64,000 nucleotides of DNA from Phoronis australis (Eukaryota > Animalia > Phoronida): positions 124,001-188,000 of the forward strand of contig NMRA01000301.1 of the NCBI GenBank assembly GCA_002633005.1. Direction: 5' to 3'. Below the pieces are notes generated by a model. That model saw nothing but the letters and a program-made list of their open reading frames with translations, did no database searches and was not told the DNA's origin. The translations under genes were made by a program, and so were the position numbers. How positions within the stretch are numbered: position 1 is the stretch's first letter; each line of letters begins with the position of its first letter. Shown here one piece after another: positions 56,701 to 64,000 of the stretch.

Positions 56701-59700
56701 ATCACGTGAGCAAGCGGCTGAGGATTCATGATAAAGATTGGTACCTTGCAACCAGCGTCTGCGTGATCTGGTGAAGTGGCGGCAAATGAAGCACTTGGAC
56801 GGTGTGCTTGAAATGTTTATAGTTTTTGAAAATTCACAATTGCTGCTCCATAACCGAAAATTTCATAAGTATATGGAACGCAGCTCTGAGGAATGCAATC
56901 CCAATGTAGAAATTCACGGCATATCCAGTCATCCCGCCACTTCACGTGCGTTCCACGAGCTTCAAAGTGTCCAGCATTGTGGTACATGTAGGTATACTGA
57001 ACAAATGTTCCGTACCATAGTAAAATGGGGTTTTGGTTTTTACTTTTTTTTTCATTTCCAAGCAAGTTTGATAAGGTGCAATTATATTTATAGTCCGTAC
57101 TTTACAGACGGCCATTTGTCGTCATAATAAGCAGGAAAAAATATTTTGAATGAATTCCCACTTTCAACTTGTACATTGAAACTGTAGGCTAGGAAGATCG
57201 GTATAAGTATATCGCACGTATTTCGATATCCTTGTTTCGTGCCCACGCCCCCGCTTACACGAATCACGATAACGATAGCAGTTGCAGTAATATTAACACA
57301 TGAAAGGGTATTTGTTAGTGTCAAAAAGTTACACTTATGTCTGAAGAATTGAATCTGGATATCACTTTAGTTTAACTACTTCATGAAACGGGTTTTAAAC
57401 GTAAGTACATTCCAACCTAATGCTTACTTAACACAACGCAACTTTGTAACTTTAGTATCAATTTTGCAGTTTAACTTTCATTTCTGGAGCTGCACCACTA
57501 CCTAAACTGGCCGCCATATTGATTGATAGATAAGTCATGCATTATGAATATTAATTCTGCTCCCGCCATACGTAATGAGGATACCGCGGAAACCCTGTCA
57601 ACTTTTTTGCTTTTTAGATAAAGGACAAATGAGGCAAACATAAACAGGGCTGAAACTTATGGAAATTTTAAGTTTTAGTGATATTTTGACTGACGAAACC
57701 CATCCTATTTTCTGAATTGGCGATTGTAAACATGCGCGCAGCCAGCCTTTGATATGGGAGGCTCGAATTCCCGACGTTGTGTACCATTTGCTAACAAAAG
57801 AACGGGCGGATTAAAAAAAACAGAGGCACCTCTGTGAATTACACGTTTAAGCTTATTTAGTGGACTTTTGTCCCATTTTCTCAGACTTTTTGTCTCTCGG
57901 GGGCGGACCTTTTTGCTCACTTCGCCAATTGGGGGGGCTCGTTCGAGCACCCCGAACCCCCCCCCTCCCCTGGGTGCGCGCATGGTAAAGCGTCTTTCAG
58001 AATGTCAATGTCTGTAAGCGATTATTGTAACGCGTCCGCGAGTTTTGAATTTTTATGGGAAGATACAACATGCAATTGGAAAATAAACAAATTTCAAGAC
58101 AGACAATTGTTCTCGACTCGGAACTTTTTCTCTCTGCTTAACAAACGCAAGCAGTACACGTACCCTTTCTCCTAATTACCTCACTACTAAATTCAAAGTA
58201 GTAAGAGAGTCTCGCAATTACAATACTAGAGCGAGTGTTTCTCGCTGACAGATGAACTTAAAAACAACTGCGCCAAAAGAACGTTTGCCTACAGAGATGC
58301 TATCGCTTACAACGGGCTTGGTCTGCCGTCACGAACGCGCCCAATGTCCACGTTTTAAAACAGAAATACTGGAACTTTGTGCGCCTCATCATTATTTTAC
58401 TCTACTTTATAGAGTCCAGAAATTTGGCCAGTGCTCTTATCTACTGGGATACGGAAATGACGCCGTTTTAGAGCACATCATTGGTGCATCTTGAATTCTT
58501 GTTTGCAATGCAGGTACCATTCACACAATTGGAAATTGTCAAAAATCTGGTAAGTAATGACATATTTTAACCTAAATTTCTGGAATTTATTTTCAATGAG
58601 CATTCGGGTAATGGTCGAGAATTTGTTGCTTTTAGGTAAAATATAGTCATTGGTATCACGGTTAATGTAGCAAGGTAAAAAGACATGAATTTCTCCATTG
58701 TTGAGAAGCCCCATCTAGTGTGCTTTCTGCCAGTTATGCCTTTTTTCAGGTGTATGGTACAGCTGTGAAAACAAAGGCTTTCATTCACTCACGCCAGTGA
58801 TAAGTCAAATTCATCCACTGGAACTATGGTCTTAGACCATGTGAAAAATTATATCTTTCCGCGTGTGCTTTGCAAGTGCCTTGGGTCTACAATACCCACC
58901 CTTGGCAATGGTAGTATTATTATGGACCGCTTGCGTTGTTCAGGGAATATCACTGTCATTGCTTTGTTAAACTTTTGTGTTCAAACCTCTGAATTGTTCA
59001 CTTTTTGAACGCACTGTTGTCGGAGTACCGGCCGTAGCAAGGGAGGAATCAGCAACTGGTCGGATTTCATTTCCAGTCGGCTGGAGTGCAAAACCAAATG
59101 GCCGGTGATCAAACGTGGTGTAGGGACTTCAAAACGCAAAGGCTTCACCCCGAAAAAACTAGATAGCTGGACCTAAACCACGACGGAAGGTGCTATAACC
59201 ACGACGGCCAGACCTCCTCAGAGACTCGCTTTGAAAGTAGAGCCTAATATATTAGGTCATAGTGCTTGAGCACTGGCCAACCCGATTCAGGTTCGGCCAA
59301 CCAGTTTTTGTGTAACGCCATCTGGTTTTGAGGTCCGACCACGAAGTTGGAACACCGGCCATTGTGTTTTGTGTTCCAGCCAATTTTGAAGTCCGGGCAA
59401 GTGGTTTTGAAGTCCGACCAATTGTTGATTCCCCCTTGCATAGGCTTGCCGATAATAAGACGTATACGATACACGTGAACTTGTTTATACACAGTTAAAG
59501 TTAGTGCTCTGAGCAGTATTGTTTGACCTGAAGGTCTACAACTTCGTTAAGATTGTCGTAATACTAACTATGCATTCTGTGAGTGTTTTATTTGAATCCT
59601 GCTTTTATCACTCGTGACGACTATGGTGCACTAGGTCTTGGTTTAGTTTACTTTTGAAAAATTTGAATACTGATATCAAGATCCTACATGTATCTATGAT

Positions 59701-59957
59701 GCTGAATGCAAATACGTCCACACTTTCTTTAATCTGTCGTTTTCATGTTTGTTTTGGTTTTTCAACCATTAAAGCAAATGGATGCTTACCGTGTGCGGCT
59801 TCAATTGATCGCTTTCATCCAAAACCTTTTCCAAGTCTTCTTGAGGGTAGTTATTGATGTTGCCACTTTGCCAATGCGGTAGGCCGATAGAGAGAGCGAG
59901 CAACACCGATGTTACATACACAAGTTGAAACCACCGAGTTTGCGCTGTTGCGAGCAT
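11682..59957 (-). CDS. Multi-exon secreted astacin-family (M12A) metalloprotease, SP-pro-astacin-EGF-CUB-MAM-MAM, about 825 aa (SpAN/BP10-like N-terminal half), 19 exons
   Basis: Exons listed below join in frame at GT-AG sites and total 2478 nt (826 codons including stop). Motifs: HExxHxxGxxH, Met-turn SxMHY, EGF cysteines, CUB CGG..SPNYP, two MAM domains (CxF..C.W, HMxG..MG.L, GDIALD). Confidence 0.9.
12546..12730 (-). CDS. Exon 18: MAM2 (ATKKPFCLSWAYHMFGCHMGSL...GEQGNYW...IIR)
   Basis: cacag|CA ... CGA|gtaaga. CL...YHM.G..MG.L motif. Confidence 0.93.
12898..13077. mobile_element. hAT-like MITE (CAGGGCCGT...ACGGCCCTG)
   Basis: Short TIRs and a G-rich interior. No clear TSD. Confidence 0.55.
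16675..16810 (-). CDS. Exon 17: MAM2 (SPTPTPYTGP...YVYAEAS...GDVARL)
   Basis: aag|TCT ... G|gtgagt. TP...TGP, YVY.EAS and GD.A.L motifs. Confidence 0.9.
17570..17640 (-). promoter_or_regulatory. tRNA-derived Pol III internal promoter (SINE-head-like). Second copy at about 18440-18510
   Basis: A box TGGTCCAGTGG (17622-17632) and B box GGTTCGAAACC (17579-17589), 32 nt apart. Stems are imperfect, so this is not a functional tRNA. Confidence 0.6.
18185..18345. mobile_element. Palindromic foldback element. Further copies at about 19066-19195 and, internally deleted, at 45028-45076
   Basis: tagattattacatg...agtcgttatc...gtggattttgga / tccaaaatccac...gataacgact...catgtaataatcta inverted arms. Confidence 0.85.
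19762..19938 (-). CDS. Exon 16: MAM1 end (GDIALD) and MAM2 start (SCDFETGYLCG...YSW)
   Basis: ttacag|CTT ... AAA|gtgagt, phase 0-0. Confidence 0.92.
20028..20096. repeat. (CG)/(TG)/(TGCG)n microsatellite
   Basis: Direct reading. Confidence 0.9.
21690..23350 (-). mobile_element. Degraded Ty3/Gypsy pol with integrase upstream of RT-RNase H (Gmr1-like order)
   Basis: Minus-strand order: RVGF...LSDRGTSF, INGVLNAMLRK, LFAYRE..FSP, LRSRLEETREMARESL (integrase); then KKGY..I, MYADDILLHTTTWEE (RT); then MRWALVL...IPGK...ADYL (RNase H end). Many stops and frameshifts. Confidence 0.8.
24491..24669 (-). CDS. Exon 15: MAM1 (PDDYFFSFKWHMYGSSRMGTL...SGNQGNVWQ...KTK)
   Basis: ttctttcag|CT ... AAG|gtagac. 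HMYG..MG.L and GNQG..W motifs. Confidence 0.93.
26927..27363. repeat. Perfect minisatellite, 19 x 23 bp (GTTAAGGCATCATATCACCGTAC), abutting the exon-14 donor
   Basis: 437 bp = 19 x 23. Units are identical and there are no spacers. Confidence 0.97.
27364..27487 (-). CDS. Exon 14: MAM1 (GSTPTRGTGPTGGDRGTPYIYADV...TDYFK)
   Basis: ttccag|GGT ... AAAC|gtacgg. The phase-1 end matches exon 15. TP...TGP...Y.Y motif. Confidence 0.9.
27860..28086. repeat. Compound (CA)n/(TA)n/(TG)n microsatellite
   Basis: Direct reading. Confidence 0.95.
28339..28427 (-). CDS. Exon 13: MAM1 start (GGQISCSFDQGGLCGWTQATDDDFDWTPRS)
   Basis: tttgcag|GG ... AGC|gtaaga. C.F...LCGW.Q..DD.FDW MAM signature. Confidence 0.93.
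29459..29523. repeat. 20-bp tandem repeat, 3 copies (AAAAGAGGGGGTGTTCTTGT)
   Basis: Direct reading. Confidence 0.85.
29675..29845. repeat. (TAA)n microsatellite
   Basis: Direct reading. Source of the poly-Ile ORF. Confidence 0.95.
29960..31110 (+). mobile_element. Non-LTR retrotransposon (LINE) reverse transcriptase relic, frameshifted
   Basis: FTVEDI..KNTAPGPD, VIPKPG..YRVIT, DLEDAYNRV, GLPQGSPMSP, FADD, KYLGITFDRTLSYKEHV. Confidence 0.9.
31664..33485. mobile_element. Mutator-like non-autonomous element with 9-bp TSD GTTCTCCGT
   Basis: gttctccgt|ggattgctctaaaacc ... ggttttagaacaatcc|gttctccgt. Subterminal CCCTCGACCCACGA repeats are inverted at the two ends. Confidence 0.8.
32307..33142. 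mobile_element. Related Mutator-like element nested inside 31664-33485
   Basis: ccaatttcc|ggatagttctaaac ... gttttagaagtttcc|taaatttcc (7/9 TSD match). Confidence 0.65.
34167..34208 (-). CDS. Exon 12: 42-nt Thr/Pro linker (GSTARPTTTISPGP)
   Basis: ttttttgcag|GA ... G|gtaagt, symmetric phase 1-1. Confidence 0.75.
34676..34827 (-). CDS. Exon 11: CUB end (YCGKLG...MMVIFDT...KGFKFTAKAVGAL)
   Basis: cag|G ... G|gtgagt, phase 2 to 1. YCG, V.F.T and GF motifs. Confidence 0.9.
35444..35616. mobile_element. Palindromic foldback element
   Basis: acaaaacgtacc / ggtacgttttgt outer arms; atatcccactcgacattattccgcgtat / atacgcggaataatgtcgaatgggatat inner arms. Confidence 0.85.
36545..36806 (+). mobile_element. 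MITE family A copy with 5-bp TSD AATAG
   Basis: aatag|catgcgcccaccca...ggtgcgcgcacg|aatag. Confidence 0.8.
39043..39167 (-). CDS. Exon 10: CUB middle (VDADAGSGVELSFSDFDV...CYHFVQI...GQTGVK)
   Basis: ttttag|GTA ... AA|gtaagt, phase 0 to 2. L.F.DF.V...C motif. Confidence 0.9.
41202..41311 (-). CDS. Exon 9: CUB domain start (DCGGVYHL...IQSPNYPNNYDQNKICAYVFK)
   Basis: cag|AT ... AAG|gtaaat. CGG and SPNYP..Y CUB signature. Confidence 0.93.
43395..43517 (-). CDS. Exon 8: EGF-like domain (DGCTNTCHNHGYP...CVCNCPPFLTGDC)
   Basis: ttcag|AT ... G|gtagcc, phase 1-1. C.N.GY...C.CP...G.C pattern. Confidence 0.9.
43700..43826 (-). CDS. Exon 7: astacin C-terminus (AFSKNRLPTI...LTFYDAKLANLIYNCA)
   Basis: tgtag|GCA ... 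G|gtcggt. AFS.N..PTI and D....N..Y.C motifs. Confidence 0.93.
44356..44547 (-). CDS. Exon 6: catalytic zinc-binding motif HEIGHTIGFFHEQSRSDRD and Met-turn SNMHY
   Basis: cag|AGA ... TAC|gtaagt. Canonical astacin signature. Confidence 0.97.
44620..45076. repeat. Third, partial copy of the 870-bp unit
   Basis: ttgtaaatcatcgatctcca, tgtcgtcagga, tagattcactttattt, aaagccgaggc...gaaagg.agatcg match 17800-18345. Confidence 0.75.
45333..45411 (-). CDS. Exon 5: astacin (GCSSHVGLVHTTQVINLVEFGMGNCLN)
   Basis: tttgtag|A ... AAC|gtgagt, phase 2 to 0. GCxSxVG motif. Confidence 0.92.
46049..47100 (-). mobile_element. LINE (CR1/L2-group-like) ORF2 C-terminus and 3' end, partly duplicated across a 1-N gap at 46513
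   Basis: RLRSGLMLN...SPLCTCGQVQTKIHFLLGCP CCHC motif. 46049-46512 repeats at 46518-46846. Confidence 0.75.
46219..46398. repeat. 45-bp tandem repeat, 4 identical copies
   Basis: GGGATATTGGATTTGTCTAGCAAACTATGGGATACATTAAGTGTA. Only one unit is present in the duplicate copy. Confidence 0.95.
47266..47477 (-). CDS. Exon 4: maturation site and astacin N-terminus (EISKRKALTSSRRLWPNGIVPW...TCLRF...GFG)
   Basis: cag|GAA ... GG|gtagat. WPNGIVP and W...TCLRF are astacin signatures. Confidence 0.92.
48600..49900 (+). mobile_element. hAT-superfamily transposase relic (Tip100/ZMYM1-like)
   Basis: A.SLL.KM...EFIF.L.F...I......L...LQKEEL.I helical insertion. Dimerisation motif LPVSVAKDERTFTKL..I*NCLCSTM...RL. 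Confidence 0.75.
50533..50625 (-). CDS. Exon 3: prodomain with GDI (Asp-switch-like) motif (NFGPTGK...ARFGDILVEDDEK)
   Basis: ttttacag|AAC ... AAG|gtaatg, phase 0-0. GDI resembles the astacin FxGDI latency motif. Confidence 0.8.
50650..50840. mobile_element. Palindromic foldback element
   Basis: gataacaaaattag..ggtt..act.tatgcaac.ttgagc / gctcaa.gttgca.atagt..aacca.cctaattttgttatc. Outer arms gtttact / agtaaac. Confidence 0.75.
51184..51258 (-). CDS. Exon 2: acidic/His prodomain segment (GNTDDDDHEHESQVFFSHGKAQLIS)
   Basis: Acceptor tttctatttcag|GGG. Donor TCG|gttggt chosen to give phase 0, so the 3' boundary is uncertain. Confidence 0.55.
51977..52117. mobile_element. hAT-like MITE (CAGTGGCGGATTTAGG...CTGAATCCGCCCTTG)
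   Basis: Imperfect TIRs and a G-rich interior. Confidence 0.55.
54165..54650 (+). mobile_element. 5'-truncated LINE 3' end
   Basis: C..CGDTQTYPHVFFAC CCHC motif, FLYG...L...EN......V..FL. Ends with aataaacattaaaaaaa. Confidence 0.7.
57731..57984 (+). mobile_element. MITE family A copy with 5-bp TSD GTAAA
   Basis: gtaaa|catgcgcgcagcca...tgggtgcgcgcatg|gtaaa. Confidence 0.85.
59790..59957 (-). CDS. Exon 1: signal peptide and start of prodomain (MLATAQTRWFQLVYVTSVLLALSIGLP...KPHT)
   Basis: ATG, hydrophobic stretch, donor ACG|gtaagc, phase 0. The link to the gene is inferred from position and phase. Confidence 0.7.
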
Positions 59958-60875
59958 CTTTTGAAATATGGTGCGTTAGACCCTTCGGATACGTTTTAAA
60001 TACACAGGTGTACGCGGCGACAAGGGAATTAGGGGGATCAGTGCTGACACACGTACTTACAGGATTATATTTGATTCATAAAATTAAGTTGGCTAATTTG
60101 CAGTTAAGTTGAAAAACGTGGCAGTTCACGCCTGCACTGTGCTTAAAATGATTGGTCACTCATCACCAGCGATTATGGTTGAAGGGGTACCAATGGTAAT
60201 TTTCTCCTTATTTTTGTCAGTCGGTGATCATGTCCTTTAAGCTCAGTTTAATTTTTCATTATTTGAACAAATACGTTGTGTTTCATTTCTAAACACAGAG
60301 AATTTTATAACAGTACCACATGTACGTTGTTGGCTTTACTTCAACTTAGGTATTCTTTACTTCATCGTCTAACCAATATATTTCAAAGACTACATGTACA
60401 CCACCAAACTAAGCAATCAACATCAATGTTCAGTGGTCCTTGTTTTCTAATTCATGTATCTTAACAAATTTCCACAATTAGAATTGTTGAAAGGTTGCTC
60501 TGTAAATTTGGTTACAGTATTCGTTATAAAATCCGGAGAGTCAGTGTAATATGTTTATAAATGAACTCATGTGCAACAGCGTTATGAGAAGAGCCACAAC
60601 GTACATCTGACTCATTCGTATTGATTTTAGAGCAACATGAGTATAAGACAACACAATACAATAACAGTACGAAGAATTAGCCCAGAAAACAAAGCATTAT
60701 ATCTAGGCTTTTATAAACATAGAAATGATTTACATATCGACAATGCAGAGAAAATAACGAGTGAAAAAAAGAAATTTTAATTAAAACTGAATAACATATT
60801 AACAAAAAGCAAAAATCTCAACATAGCTTAGAACACTCAATTGATTACGATGACATTTAAAAATGAAATCATTAA

Positions 60876-62312
60876 AGGAGAATGCCACCCGATTTAATTA
60901 GTCTTTTTTACCGTCTTAATCGGTCTATATCCACGCCGCCTCTTACATGATCGACCTCACCTTGCTGAAAGGTGTCGCGTTAACCTGTGAGGAAGGTGAG
61001 AAACGACGCAGCGACGTCAGTGGTTCCTTGGAGAGTGAATGCCGCTATATTGCGGTGCATTGTTCCCGTTTGTCCGAACTATGAAGCTGCGAAGAAAGCG
61101 GGTGTATCGTTTTTTCGACTTCCGCGAGAGCCCGAAATGCTTAGGCAGTGGCTCGCGTAGTTAAGAATGAAAGGTACACTGTTAATAGCAAGTATGAGGC
61201 CGTGAAACATCTCCGTGTCTGTCGCCGGCATTTTGTCGACATTGATTTTTCTGACGAATTCCGGCTTACCAAGGAACTATCCATACGTTCCGTTGCCTGT
61301 GCATGTTCACGGCGTCTCTCTAGTATTTCGTGATCAGTGTATCCCAATTTGTAATGCCTTTGCAGTATTCGTGAGTGCAAATGTTGAGAAGCCAGCAATG
61401 ATTAAACCACTGCGTTACCGGCTTTTGATGTCGGCAATCAAGGTAATTGACCGAGCACCGAGGCCGTGTGAGCGCATGCTAATTCAGTTTTGCTGACAGA
61501 AAGCTGTTATGAAACAATTACTCGATTTTATATGCTATGGTCACATGTTAGGGTAATCTTTACTTAGAAATACAAATACATTATTCAAATCATTGTTACT
61601 GTACAACCTTTGCCCTGACGGTCTATGGAAGGGGAACCCGACTTCGCAGCCTCCGACAAGTACGTAGATTTTCAGTTTTGTGGCTAATTCACATGAATAA
61701 TTACGGGCAAATTATTTCTTTGGCTCACTATTATAGTCTTTTCGTGACTAGAGGTTTAGTTTCCAATTCAAGCCGGTTTATGTTCGTGCCAGTCCCGGCG
61801 GCCGCGACGGGCCTGGATCGGGTTCTGATCGGCCGGGATAACAAGCGTTTTGTGTGTTTAGAACTAAAAAAATCACAAGTCTAAACAGCACAGATCTAAG
61901 TTCTCCTGTCTGTAGGCCCTATTTCACGGAAGAATACTTCCAATTTATCTCCGAACAGACCCCAAACTGCCGAACTTTGTAGGCTACGATGTGTTCAAAT
62001 ACCAGTAAATCCGTAACGGCGAACTAAAACAACACGTTTTTATAAGAATTCGGTGTATTTCTAAGGGTTTTACATCGAAATTTGATGATTTATTGGTGTT
62101 AAACGATGAATTCAAGCGACAAGCTGACATCAGTAACCCGTGTTGTGAACTGCTGAATAGACTGCGTGTGAAACCAATGACGTCATTGGATAATTTCAAC
62201 ACCTCCGTCTGCCGTCAGGTGTCAGGTAACGCAACCGAACATGCCGTTATCGAGTAGAACTACTCGATATAAATTGATACAAATTAGGTTGTTTTTTGGG
62301 TGGCATTGTCCT
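60876..62312 (+). mobile_element. Kolobok-type non-autonomous DNA transposon with THAP remnant
   Basis: TTAA|AGGAGAATGCCACCC ... GGGTGGCATTGTCCT|TTAA (14/15 TIR match, TTAA TSD). Confidence 0.85.
61039..61310 (+). pseudogene. Frameshifted THAP zinc-finger domain
   Basis: RCIVPVCPN...GVSFFRLPREPEMLRQWL / ...LRVCRRHFVDIDF (C2CH with conserved P, W, F). Confidence 0.75.
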
Positions 62313-62349
62313 TTAAGGTTTTATTGTTTATAGAGCTTTACAGATATAA

Positions 62350-62859
62350 TTCAATGGGAAAACACTGTTCCTATTCGACGAGTGGACATCTTCAGACACC
62401 ATCAAACTGTACTCTGATGCCGCGGGCTCCAACGGGGGTTTTGCTGCGACATTGGGGGCCTCCTGGTTTGCCTGCCCGTGGCTCGAGCACCTGCAACGCC
62501 ATCACATCACCTTCAAGGAACTCCTTCCGATTGTCATAGCGCTAGAACTGTGGGGTTCAAAGCTCGCCAACCACAAGATCCTCTTCCTGTGCGACAACCG
62601 TGCTGTCGTTGACATTATCAACAAGACATCCTCCCGCCACGCCCCCATTATGTCTCTTGTCCGTCGTCTGGTCATCTCCGCTCTTACCTTTAATGTTCAT
62701 TTTCGGGCAAAACATATCCCCGGCTACACTAACATCATTGCTGATGCACTTTCTCGTTTCAACTTTCAGGTCGCCTTTTCCCAGGGTTATTGGCTCAGCC
62801 CTCATCCGACACCGATCCCACAGCACCTCCTGACAGAGTGACCAGACTGCTCCGGGCTT
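62350..62859 (+). mobile_element. DIRS/Ngaro tyrosine-recombinase retrotransposon RNase H region, 5'-truncated, running into a gap
   Basis: Open frame 62350-62841: FNG...LYSDAAG...G..WF...W...HITFKEL.PIV.A...WG...F.CDN..VV.IINK.SS...M.LVR...A.HIPG..N.IADALSR. Confidence 0.88.
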
Positions 62860-63301
62860 NNNNNNNNNNNNNNNNNNNNNNNNNNNNNNNNNNNNNNNNN
62901 NNNNNNNNNNNNNNNNNNNNNNNNNNNNNNNNNNNNNNNNNNNNNNNNNNNNNNNNNNNNNNNNNNNNNNNNNNNNNNNNNNNNNNNNNNNNNNNNNNNN
63001 NNNNNNNNNNNNNNNNNNNNNNNNNNNNNNNNNNNNNNNNNNNNNNNNNNNNNNNNNNNNNNNNNNNNNNNNNNNNNNNNNNNNNNNNNNNNNNNNNNNN
63101 NNNNNNNNNNNNNNNNNNNNNNNNNNNNNNNNNNNNNNNNNNNNNNNNNNNNNNNNNNNNNNNNNNNNNNNNNNNNNNNNNNNNNNNNNNNNNNNNNNNN
63201 NNNNNNNNNNNNNNNNNNNNNNNNNNNNNNNNNNNNNNNNNNNNNNNNNNNNNNNNNNNNNNNNNNNNNNNNNNNNNNNNNNNNNNNNNNNNNNNNNNNN
63301 N
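62860..63301. other. Assembly gap (442 N)
   Basis: Run of N. Confidence 1.
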
Positions 63302-64000
63302 AGTCCTTAGGGTTTATTTTGCATTACTCATCTCTATTTATAGCCTCTAGGGCCTACTTTTGTATTCATACGTTTCTCTACGCGACTCCTGATTGGTCGC
63401 CCATATTTCCTTTGTTCTGTTCAACGTGGTCTCTCATTCAGCCACCTACCTCGTCATCTACAAGACCTACGTTCGTTCTCTTCATTTTTTCCCCACCCCC
63501 CCATCCCGGGTGTCGGTTCCACTTTCTCTTTCCTCGTATACATTTCCTGTTAGGTTTTTTCAAGTTTTGTTTTCATGTTCTGTACTTTTCCTTTAAGCCC
63601 TTCAGGCAGTTCTTTTGTTTTGTTCCCTCTTGCAGGGCTATTCATTGTACACGCCAGTGGGCGTTTTTTGCATGCCCATCTTGCAGAGTCTTAGTTAGTT
63701 TTATCTATTACGTCATAATAAATGACAATATTCTCAATCCTCCTCTTGTTTTACTCTGCAACATAGCTCGTGGCGTACCCCGGGAAAAATAGATTACGAT
63801 AAATAATCTAAACTGTGGCAACTATATAATGAAAAATGATTTTTTCAATCCTCTTAGTAAAGTTTCCAAAATTCCACCAGGGAGCGGGACTTAATGTTTT
63901 CAAGCGAATGGATTTTTAACATTGGGTGTGACGTCACCCCAAGACATGGGTCCTTTATGTTGTGCTCGACTATATCCTGATTAACATTGACGACTGTGTA

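Noticed and set aside
59958-60875. Core promoter or TATA box of the protease gene
   Set aside because: No element stands out from the AT-rich background, and the TSS is unknown.
62790-63350. 186-aa ORF
   Set aside because: Mostly N-gap. Only the first residues are real sequence.

Overview
Eukaryotic, AT-rich, intron-rich DNA. The repeat content and gene type suggest a marine invertebrate, probably a lophotrochozoan (inference). One host gene dominates the window. It is a 19-exon minus-strand gene (ATG 59957 to TGA 11682) that I assembled by hand from GT-AG boundaries with consistent phases (2478 nt, about 825 aa). It encodes a secreted astacin (M12A) metalloprotease: signal peptide, prodomain, astacin (HEIGHTIGFFH, SNMHY), EGF, CUB, Thr/Pro linker, MAM, MAM. 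Introns and flanks hold many transposon relics: a Gmr1-type Gypsy pol, LINE pieces, a hAT transposase, a Kolobok element with a THAP remnant, a DIRS/Ngaro RNase H, nested Mutator-like elements, several MITE or hairpin families, and tandem repeats. The most unusual structure is a perfect 19 x 23-bp array that starts exactly at the exon-14 splice donor and recreates the donor in every unit. I found no prokaryotic systems and no CRISPR array, and nothing I can show to be a new biological system. Most ORFs in the supplied track are spurious. Family assignments come from motif recognition, not database searches.
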